Source: the human T2T-CHM13v2.0 reference genome, Homo sapiens
Assembly: GCF_009914755.1 (NCBI RefSeq)
Contig: NC_060948.1
Length of the DNA stretch: 64,000 nucleotides
Direction: 5' to 3' (one strand)
Below the pieces are notes generated by a model. The model searched no databases. It was not told where the DNA came from and worked only from the letters and a program-made list of their open reading frames with translations. Position numbers and translations under genes: made by a program. Position 1 is the first letter of the stretch; each line of letters begins with the position of its first letter. Of this stretch, positions 42,674 to 56,832 are shown piece after piece.

Positions 42674-45600
42674 GGAATCGAACCACAAGGAATGGACAGG
42701 AATAGAATGGTCTCGAATTGAATGGAATCGTATGGAATGGCATCAAACGGAATGGAATGGACAGCCACGGAATGGAATGCACTCGAATGCAATGGAGTCG
42801 AAACTAATGGACTGGAATAGAATGGACTCGACTGGTACGGACTCCAATGGAATGCAATCGAATGGAAGGGAATCGAACGGAATGGACTCGAAGGGAAAAG
42901 ACTGCAATGGAAAGGTCTCGAATGGAATGGAAATTAATGGAATGGAATGGAATCGAATGAAATGGAGTCAAAAGGAATGGAATCGAATGGCAAGAAATCG
43001 AATGTAATGGAATCGCAAGGAATTGATGTGAACGGAACGGAATGGAATGGAATCCAAAGGAATGGAATAGAATGGAATGGAATCGAATGGAAAGGACTCG
43101 AATGGAAATCACTCGAATAGAATGCAATTTAATAAAATAGGATCAAATGTAATGGAATGGAATGGAAAGGAATCGAAACGAAAGGAATGGAGACAGATGG
43201 AATGGAATGGAACAGAGAGCAATGGTATAGAATGGAATGGAATCATCTGGAATGGAATTGAATGGAATGGAATAATATGAAATGGAATGGAATGGAATGG
43301 AATGGAATGCCCTTGAATTAAATGGACTGGAATGGAATGGACTCGAACAGAGTGGAATGGAAAGTGTTGAGATAGAATGGAATGGACTCCTTTGGAATGG
43401 TGTAGTATGCAATGCAATCGACTGGCAGGGAATCAAAAGGAATGTAATGGAATGGATTGGACTGGAATGCAATGGACTCGAATAGATTGGAAACGGAATG
43501 CAAAGGAATGGAATGGAATAGTATGGAATGGAATGGAAAGGAATGGAGTGGAATAGACTAGAGTGGAATGGAATGGACTGGAAAGCAATGGACTGGAATG
43601 GAACTTTCTTGAATGGACTGGAATCAAACGGAATGGAATGCAATGCAATCAAATGGCATGGAATAAAATAGAATGAAAGAGAATCAAATGGAATTGAATC
43701 GAATGGAATCGAATGGATTGGAAAGGAATAGAATGGAATGGAATGGAATTGACTCAAATGGAATGGACTAGAATGGAATGGATTCGAATGGAAGGCAAAG
43801 GAATGGAATCTATTGGAATGGACTGTAATGGAATGGAATGGAAGGGATTGGAATGGACTCGAATGGAATGGACTGCAATAGAAAGGATTCGAATGGAATG
43901 AAAAAGAATTGAATGGAATAGAACAGAATGGAATCAAATCGAATGAAATGGAATGGAATAGAAAGGAATGGAATGAAATGGAATGGAAAGGATTCGAATG
44001 GAATGCAATCGAATGGAATGGAATCGAACGGAATGGAATAAAATGGAAGAAAACTGGCAAGAAATGGAATCGAAATGAATGGAGTGTTATGGAACGGACT
44101 CAAAAGGAATTGAATGTAATAGAATGGAGTGGAGTGGACTCGAATATAATGGACTGGAATGGAATGAAATCACATGGAATGGGAACGAATGGAATATAAT
44201 GGAAAGGAATGGAATCGAATGGAAAGGAATCGAATGGAAGGGAATGAAATTGAATGAACAGGAATGGAAGGGAATAGAATAGACGGTAATGGAATGGACT
44301 CGAATAGAATGGACACGAATGCTCAAATTGAATGGACTCCAATGGAATGGAAACGAAAGGAATGTCATCGAATGGAATTGAATGGATTGGAATGAAATCG
44401 CATAGAATGGAGTGGAATCAAATGGAATTGAATCGAAAGGAAAGGAAGCGAATGGACTGAAATGAAATGGAATGGAATTGAATGGAAAGTAATGCAATGG
44501 AATAGAATGGAACGAAATTTCACGGAATGGAATCAAACTGAATGGAATCAAATCAATGGAATCAAATCAAATGGAATGGAAAGGAATTGAATGGAGTAGA
44601 TTGGATTGGATGGATTGGAATGAAATGTATTGGAAAGGACTCGAATTTCATGAAACGGAATGGAATGAATTGGAACGGAATGGACTCGAATGCAATGGAA
44701 TGTCATGGAATGGCATCAAATGGAATGGCATCAAATGGCATGGAATCGAATGCAATGGAATGCTATGGAATGGAATGGAATGCATTGGAATGGAATGTCC
44801 TCTAATGGAATGGATTCGAGTGGAATGGAATCGAATATAATGGAGTCGAATAAAATGGAATTGAAAGGAATGGGATCGAATACAATGGAATATACTGGAA
44901 TGTAATGTAATGAACTCGAATGTAATTGACTGGAATGGAATGTACATGAATGGAATGTAATCGAATGGAAAGTAATCCAATGGAATAGAATCTAATGCAA
45001 TAAAACCGACTCAGATAGAGTAGAATGTAATGGAATGGAGTGCAGTGCAATGGAAGGGAATGGAATTGAATGCAATGGAATGGAATGGAATGGAATGGAA
45101 TGGAATGGAATGGAATGGAATGGGATGGAATGGTATGGAATGGATAGTAATGGACTGGAGTGAAATGGACTGGAAAGGAATGGACTCAAATTGAAAGGGC
45201 TCGAAAGGAATGGAGTCAAATGGAATGGTCTGGAATGGAATGAACACGAAAGTAATGCAATCCAATAGAATGGAATCGAATGGCATGGAATATAAAGAAA
45301 TGGAATCGAAGAGAATGGAAACAAATGGAATGGAATTGAATGGAATGGAATTGAATGGAATGGGAACGAATGGAGTGAAATTGTATGCAGTAGAAGGGAA
45401 TAGAATGGAATGCAAGCGAAAGGAAAGGAATGGATTGGAATGGAATGGAATTCATTGGAATGGAAGGGAATGTAGTGTAATGGACAGGCCTGGAATAAAG
45501 TGGAATGCTACGGTCTCGAATGGAATAAAAATGTATGGAATGGAATGCAATGAAACGGAATCGAATGTCATAGAATGTAATGGAATGCAAAAAAATGGAA

Positions 45601-46240
45601 TCCAAAATCATTGACTGGAAAGGCTGGGTGTCGAAAGGAATTGACTCCAATGGAATGGAATCGAATGGAATGGAAGTGATAGAATCGAACTAAATCGAAT
45701 GGAATGGAATTGATAGGAACGGAATGGAAAGGAATGCAATGATTTGGCATGGAATGGAATCAAATGGCATCGAATGGAATGGTATGGAATGCAACGGAAT
45801 GGAATGTATTAGAATGTAATGAACTTTAATGGAATGTACTCGAATGGATTCGACTGGAATGGAATGTTCTGGAAGTGAATGGACTCCAATGGAATGGATT
45901 CAAAAGGAATGGAATCGTTCGGAATGGAATCTAATGGAATGGAATTAAATGGAAATGAATCAAATTGAATAGCACGGAATTGAATTGAATGGAATGGAAT
46001 GCAATGGAATCTAATGAAACGGAAAGGAAAGGAATGGAATGGAATGGAATGGGCTGGAATGGAAAGGAATCGAAACGAATGGAATGGAATCGAACTGAAG
46101 AGACTGGAATGGAATGCACTGGAATGGAAGGGAGTGTAATGGAAGGTTCTCGAAAAAAATGGAATCGAATGGAATGGAATTGAATGGAACGGAATAGAGT
46201 CGAATGGAATTGAATGGAATGGAATGGACTAGAGTGAAAT
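42674..46240 (+). repeat. DYZ1 unit 13 (3567 bp), type B of the dimer
   Basis: Landmark spacing; same length and private variants as unit 11. Confidence 0.93.
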
Positions 46241-49200
46241 GGAATCGAACCACAAGGAATGGACAGGAATAGAATGGTCTCGAATTGAATGGAATCGTAT
46301 GGAATGGCATCAAACGGAATGGAATGGACAGCCACGGAATGGAATGCACTCGAATGCAATGGAGTCGAAACTAATGGACTGGAATAGAATGGACTCGACT
46401 GGTACGGACTCCAATGGAATGGAATCGAATGGAAGGGAATCGAACGGAATGGACTCGAAGGGAAAAGACTGCAATGGAAAGGTCTCGAATGGAATGGAAA
46501 TTAATGGAATGGAATGGAATCGAATGAAATGGAGTCAAAAGGAATGGAATCGAATGGCAAGAAATCGAATGTAATGGAATCGCAAGGAATTGATGTGAAC
46601 GGAACGGAATGGAATGGAATCCAAAGGAATGGAATAGAATGGAATGGAATCGAATGGAAAGGACTCGAATGGAAATCACTCGAATAGAATGCAATTTAAT
46701 AAAATAGGATCAAATGTAATGGAATGGAATGGAAAGGAATCGAAACGAAAGGAATGGAGACAGATGGAATGGAATGGAACAGAGAGCAATGGTATAGAAT
46801 GGAATGGAATCATCTGGAATGGAATTGAATGGAATGGAATAATATGAAATGGAATGGAATGGAATGCCCTTGAATTAAATGGACTGGAATGGAATGGACT
46901 CGAACAGAGTGGAATGGAAAGTGTTGAGATAGAATGGAATGGACTCCTTTGGAATGGTCTAGTATGCAATGCAATCGACTGGCAGGGAATCAAAAGGAAT
47001 GTAATGGAATGGATTGGACTGGAATGCAATGGACAGGAATAGATTGGAAACGGAATGCAAAGGAATGGAATGGAATAGTATGGAATGGAATGGAAAGGAA
47101 TGGAGTGGAATAGACTAGAGTGGAATGGAATGGACTGGAAAGCAATGGACTGGAATGGAACATTCTTGAATGGACTGGAATCAAACGGAATGGAATGCAA
47201 TGCAATCAAATGGCATGGAATAAAATAGAATGAAAGAGAATCAAATGGAATTGAATCGAATGGAATCGAATGGATTGGAAAGGAATAGAATGGAATGGAA
47301 TGGAATTGACTCAAATGGAATGGACTAGAATGGAATGGATTCGAATGGAAGGCAAAGGAATGGAATCTATTGGAATGGACAGTAATGGAATGGAATGGAA
47401 AGGATTGGAATGGACTCGAATGGAATGGACTGCAATAGAAAGGATTCGAATGGAATGTAAAAGAATTGAATGGAATAGAACAGAATGGAATCAAATCGAA
47501 TGAAATGGAATGGAATAGAAAGGAATGGAATGAAATGGAATGGAAAGGATTCGAATGGAATGTAATCGAATGGAATGGAATCGAACGGAATGGAATAAAA
47601 TGGAAGAAAACTGGCAAGAAATGGAATCGAAATGAATGGAGTGTTATGGAACGGACTCAAAAGGAATTGAATGTAATAGAATGGAGTGGAGTGGACTCGA
47701 ATATAATGGACTGGAATGGAATGAAATCACATGGAATGGGAACGAATGGAATGGAATGGAAAGGAATGGAATCGAATGGAAAGGAATCGAATGGAAGGGA
47801 ATGAAACTGAATCAACAGGAATGGAAGGGAATAGAATAGACGGTAATGGAATGGACTCGAATAGAATGGACACGAATGCTCAAATTGAATGGACTCGAAT
47901 GGAATGGAAACGAAAGGAATGTCATCGAATGGAATTGAATCGATTGGAATGAAATCGTATAGAATGGAGTGGAATCAAATGGAATTGAATCGAAAGGAAA
48001 GGAAGCGAATGGACTGAAATGAAATGGAATGGAATTGAATGGAAAGTAATGCAATGGAATAGAATGGAACGAAATTTCACGGAATGGAATCAAACTGAAT
48101 GGAATCAAATCAATGGAATCAAATCAAATGGAATGGAAAGGAATTGAATGGAGTAGATGGGATTGGATGGGATTGGAATGAAATGTACTGGAAAGGACTC
48201 GAATTTCATTGAACGGAATGGAATGAATTGGAACGGAATGGACTCCAATGGAATGGAATGTCATGGAATGGCATCAAATGGAATGGCATCAAATGGAATG
48301 GAATCGAATGCAATGGAATGCTATGGAATGGAATGGAATGCATTGGAATGGAATGTCCTCTAATGGAATGGATTCGAGTGGAATGGAATCGCATATAATG
48401 GAGTCGAATGAAATGGAATTGAAAGGAATGGGATCGAATACAATGGAATATACTGGAATGTAACGTAATGAACTCGAATGTAATTGACTGGAATAGAATG
48501 TACATGAATGGAATGTAATCGAACGGAAAGTAATCCAATGGAATAGAATCTAATGCAATAAAATCGACTCAGATAGAGTAGAATGTAATGGAATGGTGTG
48601 CAGTGCAATGGAATGGAATGGAATGGAATGCAATGGAATGGAATGGGATGGAATGGTATGGAATGGATAGTAATGGACTGGAGTGAAATGGACTGGAAAG
48701 GAATGGACTCAAATTGAAAGGGCTCGAAAGGAATGGAGACAAATGGAATGGTCTGGAATGGAATGAACACGAAAGTAATGCAATCCAATAGAATGGAGTC
48801 GAATGGCATGGAATATAAAGACATGGAATCGAAGAGAATGTAAACAAATGGAATGGAATTGAATGGAATGGAATTGAATGGAATGGGAACGAATGGAGTG
48901 AAATTGTATGCAGTAGAAGAGAATAGAATAGAATGCAAGCGAAAGGAAAGGAATGGATTGGAATGGAATGGAATTCATTGGAATGGAAGGGAATGTAGTG
49001 TAATGGACAGGCCTGGAATAAAGTGGAATGCTACGGTCTCGAATGGAATAAAAATGTATGGAATGGAATGCAATGAAACGGAATCGAATGTCATAGAATG
49101 TAATGGAATGCAAAAAAATGGAATCCAAAATCATTGACTGGAAAGGCTGGGTGTCGAAAGGAATTGACTCCAATGGAATGGAATCGAATGGAATGGAAGT

Positions 49201-49764
49201 GAATAGAATCGAACTAAATCGAATGGAATGGAATTGATAGGAACGGAATGGAAAGGAATGCAATGATTTGGCATGGAATGGAATCGAATGGCATCGAATG
49301 GAATGGAATGGAATGCAATGGAATGGAATGTATTAGAATGTAATGAACTTTAATGGAATGTACTCGAATGGATTCGATTGGAATGGAATGTTCTGGAAGT
49401 GAATGGACTCCAATGGAATGGATTCAAAAGGAATGGAATCGTATGGAATGGAATCTAATGGAATGGAATTAAATGGAAATGAATCAAATTGAATAGCACG
49501 GAATTGAATTGAATGGAATCGAATGCAATGGAATCTAATGAAACGGAAAGGAAAGGAATGGAATGGAATAGAATGGGCTGGAATGGAAAGGAATCGAAAC
49601 GAATGGAATGGAATCGAACTGAAGAGACTGGAATGGAATGCACTGGAATGGAAGGGAGTGTAATGGAAGGTTCTCGAAAAAAATGGAATCGAATGGAATG
49701 GAATTGAATGGAACGGAATAGAGTCGAATGGAATTGAATGGAATGGAATGGACTAGAGTGAAAT
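46241..49764 (+). repeat. DYZ1 unit 14 (3524 bp)
   Basis: Landmark spacing; 10-bp deletion and a central tract 30 bp shorter. Confidence 0.93.
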
Positions 49765-52700
49765 GGAATCGAACCACAAGGAATGGACAGGAATAGAATG
49801 GTCTCGAATTGAATGGAATCGTATGGAATGGCATCAAACGGAATGGAATGGACAGCCACGGAATGGAATGCACTCGAATGCAATGGAGTCGAAACTAATG
49901 GACTGGAATAGAATGGACTCGACTGGTACGGACTCCAATGGAATGGAATCGAATGGAAGGGAATCGAACGGAATGGACTCGAAGGGAAAAGACTGCAATG
50001 GAAAGGTCTCGAATGGAATGGAAATTAATGGAATGGAATGGAATCGAATGAAATGGAGTCAAAAGGAATGGAATCGAATGGCAAGAAATCGAATGTAATG
50101 GAATCGCAAGGAATTGATGTGAACGGAACGGAATGGAATGGAATCCAAAGGAATGGAATAGAATGGAATGGAATCGAATGGAAAGGACTCGAATGGAAAT
50201 CACTCGAATAGAATGCAATTTAATAAAATAGGATCAAATGTAATGGAATGGAATGGAAAGGAATCGAAACGAAAGGAATGGAGACAGATGGAATGGAATG
50301 GAACAGAGAGCAATGGTATAGAATGGAATGGAATCATCTGGAATGGAATTGAATGGAATGGAATAATATGAAATGGAATGGAATGGAATGGAATGGAATG
50401 CCCTTGAATTAAATGGACTGGAATGGAATGGACTCGAACAGAGTGGAATGGAAAGTGTTGAGATAGAATGGAATGGACTCCTTTGGAATGGTCTAGTATG
50501 CAATGCAATCGACTGGCAGGGAATCAAAAGGAATGTAATGGAATGGATTGGACTGGAATGCAATGGACAGGAATAGATTGGAAACGGAATGCAAAGGAAT
50601 GGAATGGAATAGTATGGAATGGAATGGAAAGGAATGGAGTGGAATAGACTAGAGTGGAATGGAATGGACTGGAAAGCAATGGACTGGAATGGAACATTCT
50701 TGAATGGACTGGAATCAAACGGAATGGAATGCAATGCAATCAAATGGCATGGAATAAAATAGAATGAAAGAGAATCAAATGGAATTGAATCGAATGGAAT
50801 CGAATGGATTGGAAAGGAATAGAATGGAATGGAATGGAATTGACTCAAATGGAATGGACTAGAATGGAATGGATTCGAATGGAAGGCAAAGGAATGGAAT
50901 CTATTGGAATGGACAGTAATGGAATGGAATGGAAAGGATTGGAATGGACTCGAATGGAATGGACTGCAATAGAAAGGATTCGAATGGAATGTAAAAGAAT
51001 TGAATGGAATAGAACAGAATGGAATCAAATCGAATGAAATGGAATGGAATAGAAAGGAATGGAATGAAATGGAATGGAAAGGATTCGAATGGAATGTAAT
51101 CGAATGGAATGGAATCGAACGGAATGGAATAAAATGGAAGAAAACTGGCAAGAAATGGAATCGAAATGAATGGAGTGTTATGGAACGGACTCAAAAGGAA
51201 TTGAATGTAATAGAATGGAGTGGAGTGGACTCGAATATAATGGACTGGAATGGAATGAAATCACATGGAATGGGAACGAATGGAATGGAATGGAAAGGAA
51301 TGGAATCGAATGGAAAGGAATCGAATGGAAGGGAATGAAACTGAATCAACAGGAATGGAAGGGAATAGAATAGACGGTAATGGAATGGACTCGAATAGAA
51401 TGGACACGAATGCTCAAATTGAATGGACTCGAATGGAATGGAAACGAAAGGAATGTCATCGAATGGAATTGAATCGATTGGAATGAAATCGCATAGAATG
51501 GAGTGGAATCAAATGGAATTGAATCGAAAGGAAAGGAAGCGAATGGACTGAAATGAAATGGAATGGAATTGAATGGAAAGTAATGCAATGGAATAGAATG
51601 GAACGAAATTTCACGGAATGGAATCAAACTGAATGGAATCAAATCAATGGAATCAAATCAAATGGAATGGAAAGGAATTGAATGGAGTAGATGGGATTGG
51701 ATGGGATTGGAATGAAATGTACTGGAAAGGACTCGAATTTCATGAAACGGAATGGAATGAATTGGAACGGAATGGACTCCAATGGAATGGAATGTCATGG
51801 AATGGCATCAAATGGAATGGCATCAAATGGAATGGAATCGAATGCAATGGAATGCTATGGAATGGAATGGAATGCATTGGAATGGAATGTCCTCTAATGG
51901 AATGGATTCGAGTGGAATGGAATCGCATATAATGGAGTCGAATGAAATGGAATTGAAAGGAATGGGATCGAATACAATGGAATATACTGGAATGTAACGT
52001 AATGAACTCGAATGTAATTGACTGGAATAGAATGTACATGAATGGAATGTAATCGAACGGAAAGTAATCCAATGGAATAGAATCTAATGCAATAAAATCG
52101 ACTCAGATAGAGTAGAATGTAATGGAATGGTGTGCAGTGCAATGGAATGGAATGGAATGGAATGCAATGGAATGGAATGGGATGGAATGGTATGGAATGG
52201 ATAGTAATGGACTGGAGTGAAATGGACTGGAAAGGAATGGACTCAAATTGAAAGGGCTCGAAAGGAATGGAGACAAATGGAATGGTCTGGAATGGAATGA
52301 ACACGAAAGTAATGCAATCCAATAGAATGGAGTCGAATGGCATGGAATATAAAGACATGGAATCGAAGAGAATGTAAACAAATGGAATGGAATTGAATGG
52401 AATGGGAACGAATGGAGTGAAATTGTATGCAGTAGAAGAGAATAGAATAGAATGCAAGCGAAAGGAAAGGAATGGATTGGAATGGAATGGAATTCATTGG
52501 AATGGAAGGGAATGTAGTGTAATGGACAGGCCTGGAATAAAGTGGAATGCTACGGTCTCGAATGGAATAAAAATGTATGGAATGGAATGCAATGAAACGG
52601 AATCGAATGTCATAGAATGTAATGGAATGCAAAAAAATGGAATCCAAAATCATTGACTGGAAAGGCTGGGTGTCGAAAGGAATTGACTCCAATGGAATGG

Positions 52701-53283
52701 AATCGAATGGAATGGAAGTGAATAGAATCGAACTAAATCGAATGGAATGGAATTGATAGGAACGGAATGGAAAGGAATGCAATGATTTGGCATGGAATGG
52801 AATCGAATGGCATCGAATGGAATGGAATGGAATGCAATGGAATGGAATGTATTAGAATGTAATGAACTTTAATGGAATGTACTCGAATGGATTCGACTGG
52901 AATGGAATGTTCTGGAAGTGAATGGACTCCAATGGAATGGATTCAAAAGGAATGGAATCGTACGGAATGGAATCTAATGGAATGGAATTAAATGGAAATG
53001 AATCAAATTGAATAGCACGGAATTGAATTGAATGGAATCGAATGCAATGGAATCTAATGAAACGGAAAGGAAAGGAATGGAATGGAATAGAATGGGCTGG
53101 AATGGAAAGGAATCGAAACGAATGGAATGGAATCGAACTGAAGAGACTGGAATGGAATGCACTGGAATGGAAGGGAGTGTAATGGAAGGTTCTCGAAAAA
53201 AATGGAATCGAATGGAATGGAATTGAATGGAACGGAATAGAGTCGAATGGAATTGAATGGAATGGAATGGACTAGAGTGAAAT
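49765..53283 (+). repeat. DYZ1 unit 15 (3519 bp, shortest)
   Basis: Landmark spacing; central tract 30 bp shorter and a 15-bp deletion near 52390. Confidence 0.93.
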
Positions 53284-56200
53284 GGAATCGAACCACAAGG
53301 AATGGACAGGAATAGAATGGTCTCGAATTGAATGGAATCGTATGGAATGGCATCAAACGGAATGGAATGGACAGCCACGGAATGGAATGCACTCGAATGC
53401 AATGGAGTCGAAACTAATGGACTGGAATAGAATGGACTCGACTGGTACGGACTCCAATGGAATGGAATCGAATGGAAGGGAATCGAACGGAATGGACTCG
53501 AAGGGAAAAGACTGCAATGGAAAGGTCTCGAATGGAATGGAAATTAATGGAATGGAATGGAATCGAATGAAATGGAGTCAAAAGGAATGGAATCGAATGG
53601 CAAGAAATCGAATGTAATGGAATCGCAAGGAATTGATGTGAACGGAACGGAATGGAATGGAATCCAAAGGAATGGAATAGAATGGAATGGAATCGAATGG
53701 AAAGGACTCGAATGGAAATCACTCGAATAGAATGCAATTTAATAAAATAGGATCAAATGTAATGGAATGGAATGGAAAGGAATCGAAACGAAAGGAATGG
53801 AGACAGATGGAATGGAATGGAACAGAGAGCAATGGTATAGAATGGAATGGAATCATCTGGAATGGAATTGAATGGAATGGAATAATATGAAATGGAATGG
53901 AATGGAATGGAATGGAATGCCCTTGAATTAAATGGACTGGAATGGAATGGACTCGAACAGAGTGGAATGGAAAGTGTTGAGATAGAATGGAATGGACTCC
54001 TTTGGAATGGTCTAGTATGCAATGCAATCGACTGGCAGGGAATCAAAAGGAATGTAATGGAATGGATTGGACTGGAATGCAATGGACAGGAATAGATTGG
54101 AAACGGAATGCAAAGGAATGGAATGGAATAGTATGGAATGGAATGGAAAGGAATGGAGTGGAATAGACCAGAGTGGAATGGAATGGACTGGAAAGCAATG
54201 GACTGGAATGGAACATTCTTGAATGGACTGGAATCAAACGAAATGGAATGCAATGCAATCAAATGGCATGGAATAAAATAGAATGAAAGAGAATCAAATG
54301 GAATTGAATCGAATGGAATCGAATGGATTGGAAAGGAATAGAATGGAATGGAATGGAATTGACTCAAATGGAATGGACTAGAATGGAATGGATTCGAATG
54401 GAAGGCAAAGGAATGGAATCTATTGGAATGGACTGTAATGGAATGGAATGGAAAGGATTGGAATGGACTCGAATGGAATGGACTGCAATAGAAAGGATTC
54501 GAATGGAATGAAAAAGAATTGAATGGAATAGAACAGAATGGAATCAAATCGAATGAAATGGAATGGAATAGAAAGGAATGGAATGAAATGGAATGGAAAG
54601 GATTCGAATGGAATGTAATCGAATGGAATGGAATCGAACGGAATGGAATAAAATGGAAGAAAACTGGCAAGAAATGGAATCGAAATGAATGGAGTGTTAT
54701 GGAACGGACTCAAAAGGAATTGAATGTAATAGAATGGAGTGGAGTGGACTCGAATATAATGGACTGGAATGGAATGAAATCACATGGAATGGGAACGAAT
54801 GGAATGGAATGGAAAGGAATGGAATCGAATGGAAAGGAATCGAATGGAAGGGAATGAAACTGAATCAACAGGAATGGAAGGGAATAGAATAGACGGTAAT
54901 GGAATGGACTCGAATAGAATGGACACGAATGCTCAAATTGAATGGACTCGAATGGAATGGAAACGAAAGGAATGTCATCGAATGGAATTGAATCGATTGG
55001 AATGAAATCGCATAGAATGGAGTGGAATCAAATGGAATTGAATCGAAAGGAAAGGAAGCGAATGGACTGAAATGAAATGGAATGGAATTGAATGGAAAGT
55101 AATGCAATGGAATAGAATGGAACGAAATTTCACGGAATGGAATCAAACTGAATGGAATCAAATCAATGGAATCAAATCAAATGGAATGGAAAGGAATTGA
55201 ATGGAGTAGATGGGATTGGATGGGATTGGAATGAAATGTACTGGAAAGGACTCGAATTTCATGAAACGGAATGGAATGAATTGGAACGGAATGGACTCCA
55301 ATGGAATGGAATGTCATGGAATGGCATCAAATGGAATGGAATCGAATGCAATGGAATGCTATGGAATGGAATGGAATGCATTGGAATGGAATGTCCTCTA
55401 ATGGAATGGATTCGAGTGGAATGGAATCGAATATAATGGAGTCGAATGAAATGGAATTGAAAGGAATGGGATCGAATACAATGGAATATACTGGAATGTA
55501 ACGTAATGAACTCGAATGTAATTGACTGGAATGGAATGTACATGAATGGAATGTAATCGAATGGAAAGTAATCCAATGGAATAGAATCTAATGCAATAAA
55601 ATCGACTCAGATAGAGTAGAATGTAATGGAATGGAGTGCAGTGCAATGGAATGGAATGGAATGGAATGCAATGGAATGGAATGGAATGGAATGGAATGGA
55701 ATGGAATGGAATGGGATGGAATTGTATGGAATGGATAGTAATGGACTGGAGTGAAATGGACTGGAAAGGAATGGACTCAAATTGAAAGGGCTCGAAAGGA
55801 ATGGAGTCAAATGGAATGGTCTGGAATGGAATGAACACGAATGTAATGCAACCCAATAGAATGGAATCGAATGGCATGGAATATAAAGAAATGGAATCGA
55901 AGAGAATGGAAACAAATGGAATGGAATTGAATGGAATGGAATTGAATGGAATGGGAACGAATGGAGTGAAATTGTATGCAGTAGAAGAGAATAGAATGGA
56001 ATGCAAGCGAAAGGAAAGGAATGGATTGGAATGGAATGGAATTCATTGGAATGGAAGGGAATGTACTGTAATGGACAGGCCTGGAATAAAGTGGAATGAT
56101 ACGGTCTCGAATGGAATAAAAATGTATGGAATGGAATGCAATGAAACGGAATCGAATGTCATAGAATGTAATGGAATGCAAAAAAATGGAATCCAAAATC

Positions 56201-56832
56201 ATTGACTGGAAAGGCTGGGTGTCGAAAGGAATTGACTCCAATGAAATGGAATCGAATGGAATGGAAGTGAATAGAATCGAACTAAATCGAATGGAATGGA
56301 ATTGATAGGAACGGAATGGAAAGGAATGCAATGATTTGGCATGGAATGGAATCGAATGGCATCGAATGGAATGGAATGGAATGCAATGGAATGGAATGTA
56401 TTAGAATGTAATGAACTTTAATGGAATGTACTCGAATGGATTCGACTGGAATGGAATGTTCTGGAAGTAAATGGACTCCAATGGAATGGATTCAAAAGGA
56501 ATGGAATAGTACGGAATGGAATCTAATGGAATGGAATTAAATGGAAATGAATCAAATTGAATAGCACGGAATTGAATTGAATGGAATGGAATGCAATGGA
56601 ATCTAATGAAACGGAAAGGAAAGGAATGGAATGGAATGGAATGGGCTGGAATGGAAAGGAATCGAAACGAATGGAATGGAATCGAACTGAAGAGACTGGA
56701 ATGGAATGCACTGGAATGGAAGGGAGTGTAATGGAAGGTTCTCGAAAAAAATGGAATCGAATGGAATGCAATTGAATGGAACGGAATAGAGTCGAATGCA
56801 ATTGAATGGAATGGAATGGACTAGAGTGAAAT
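53284..56832 (+). repeat. DYZ1 unit 16 (3549 bp)
   Basis: Landmark spacing; 15-bp deletion near 55325. Confidence 0.93.
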
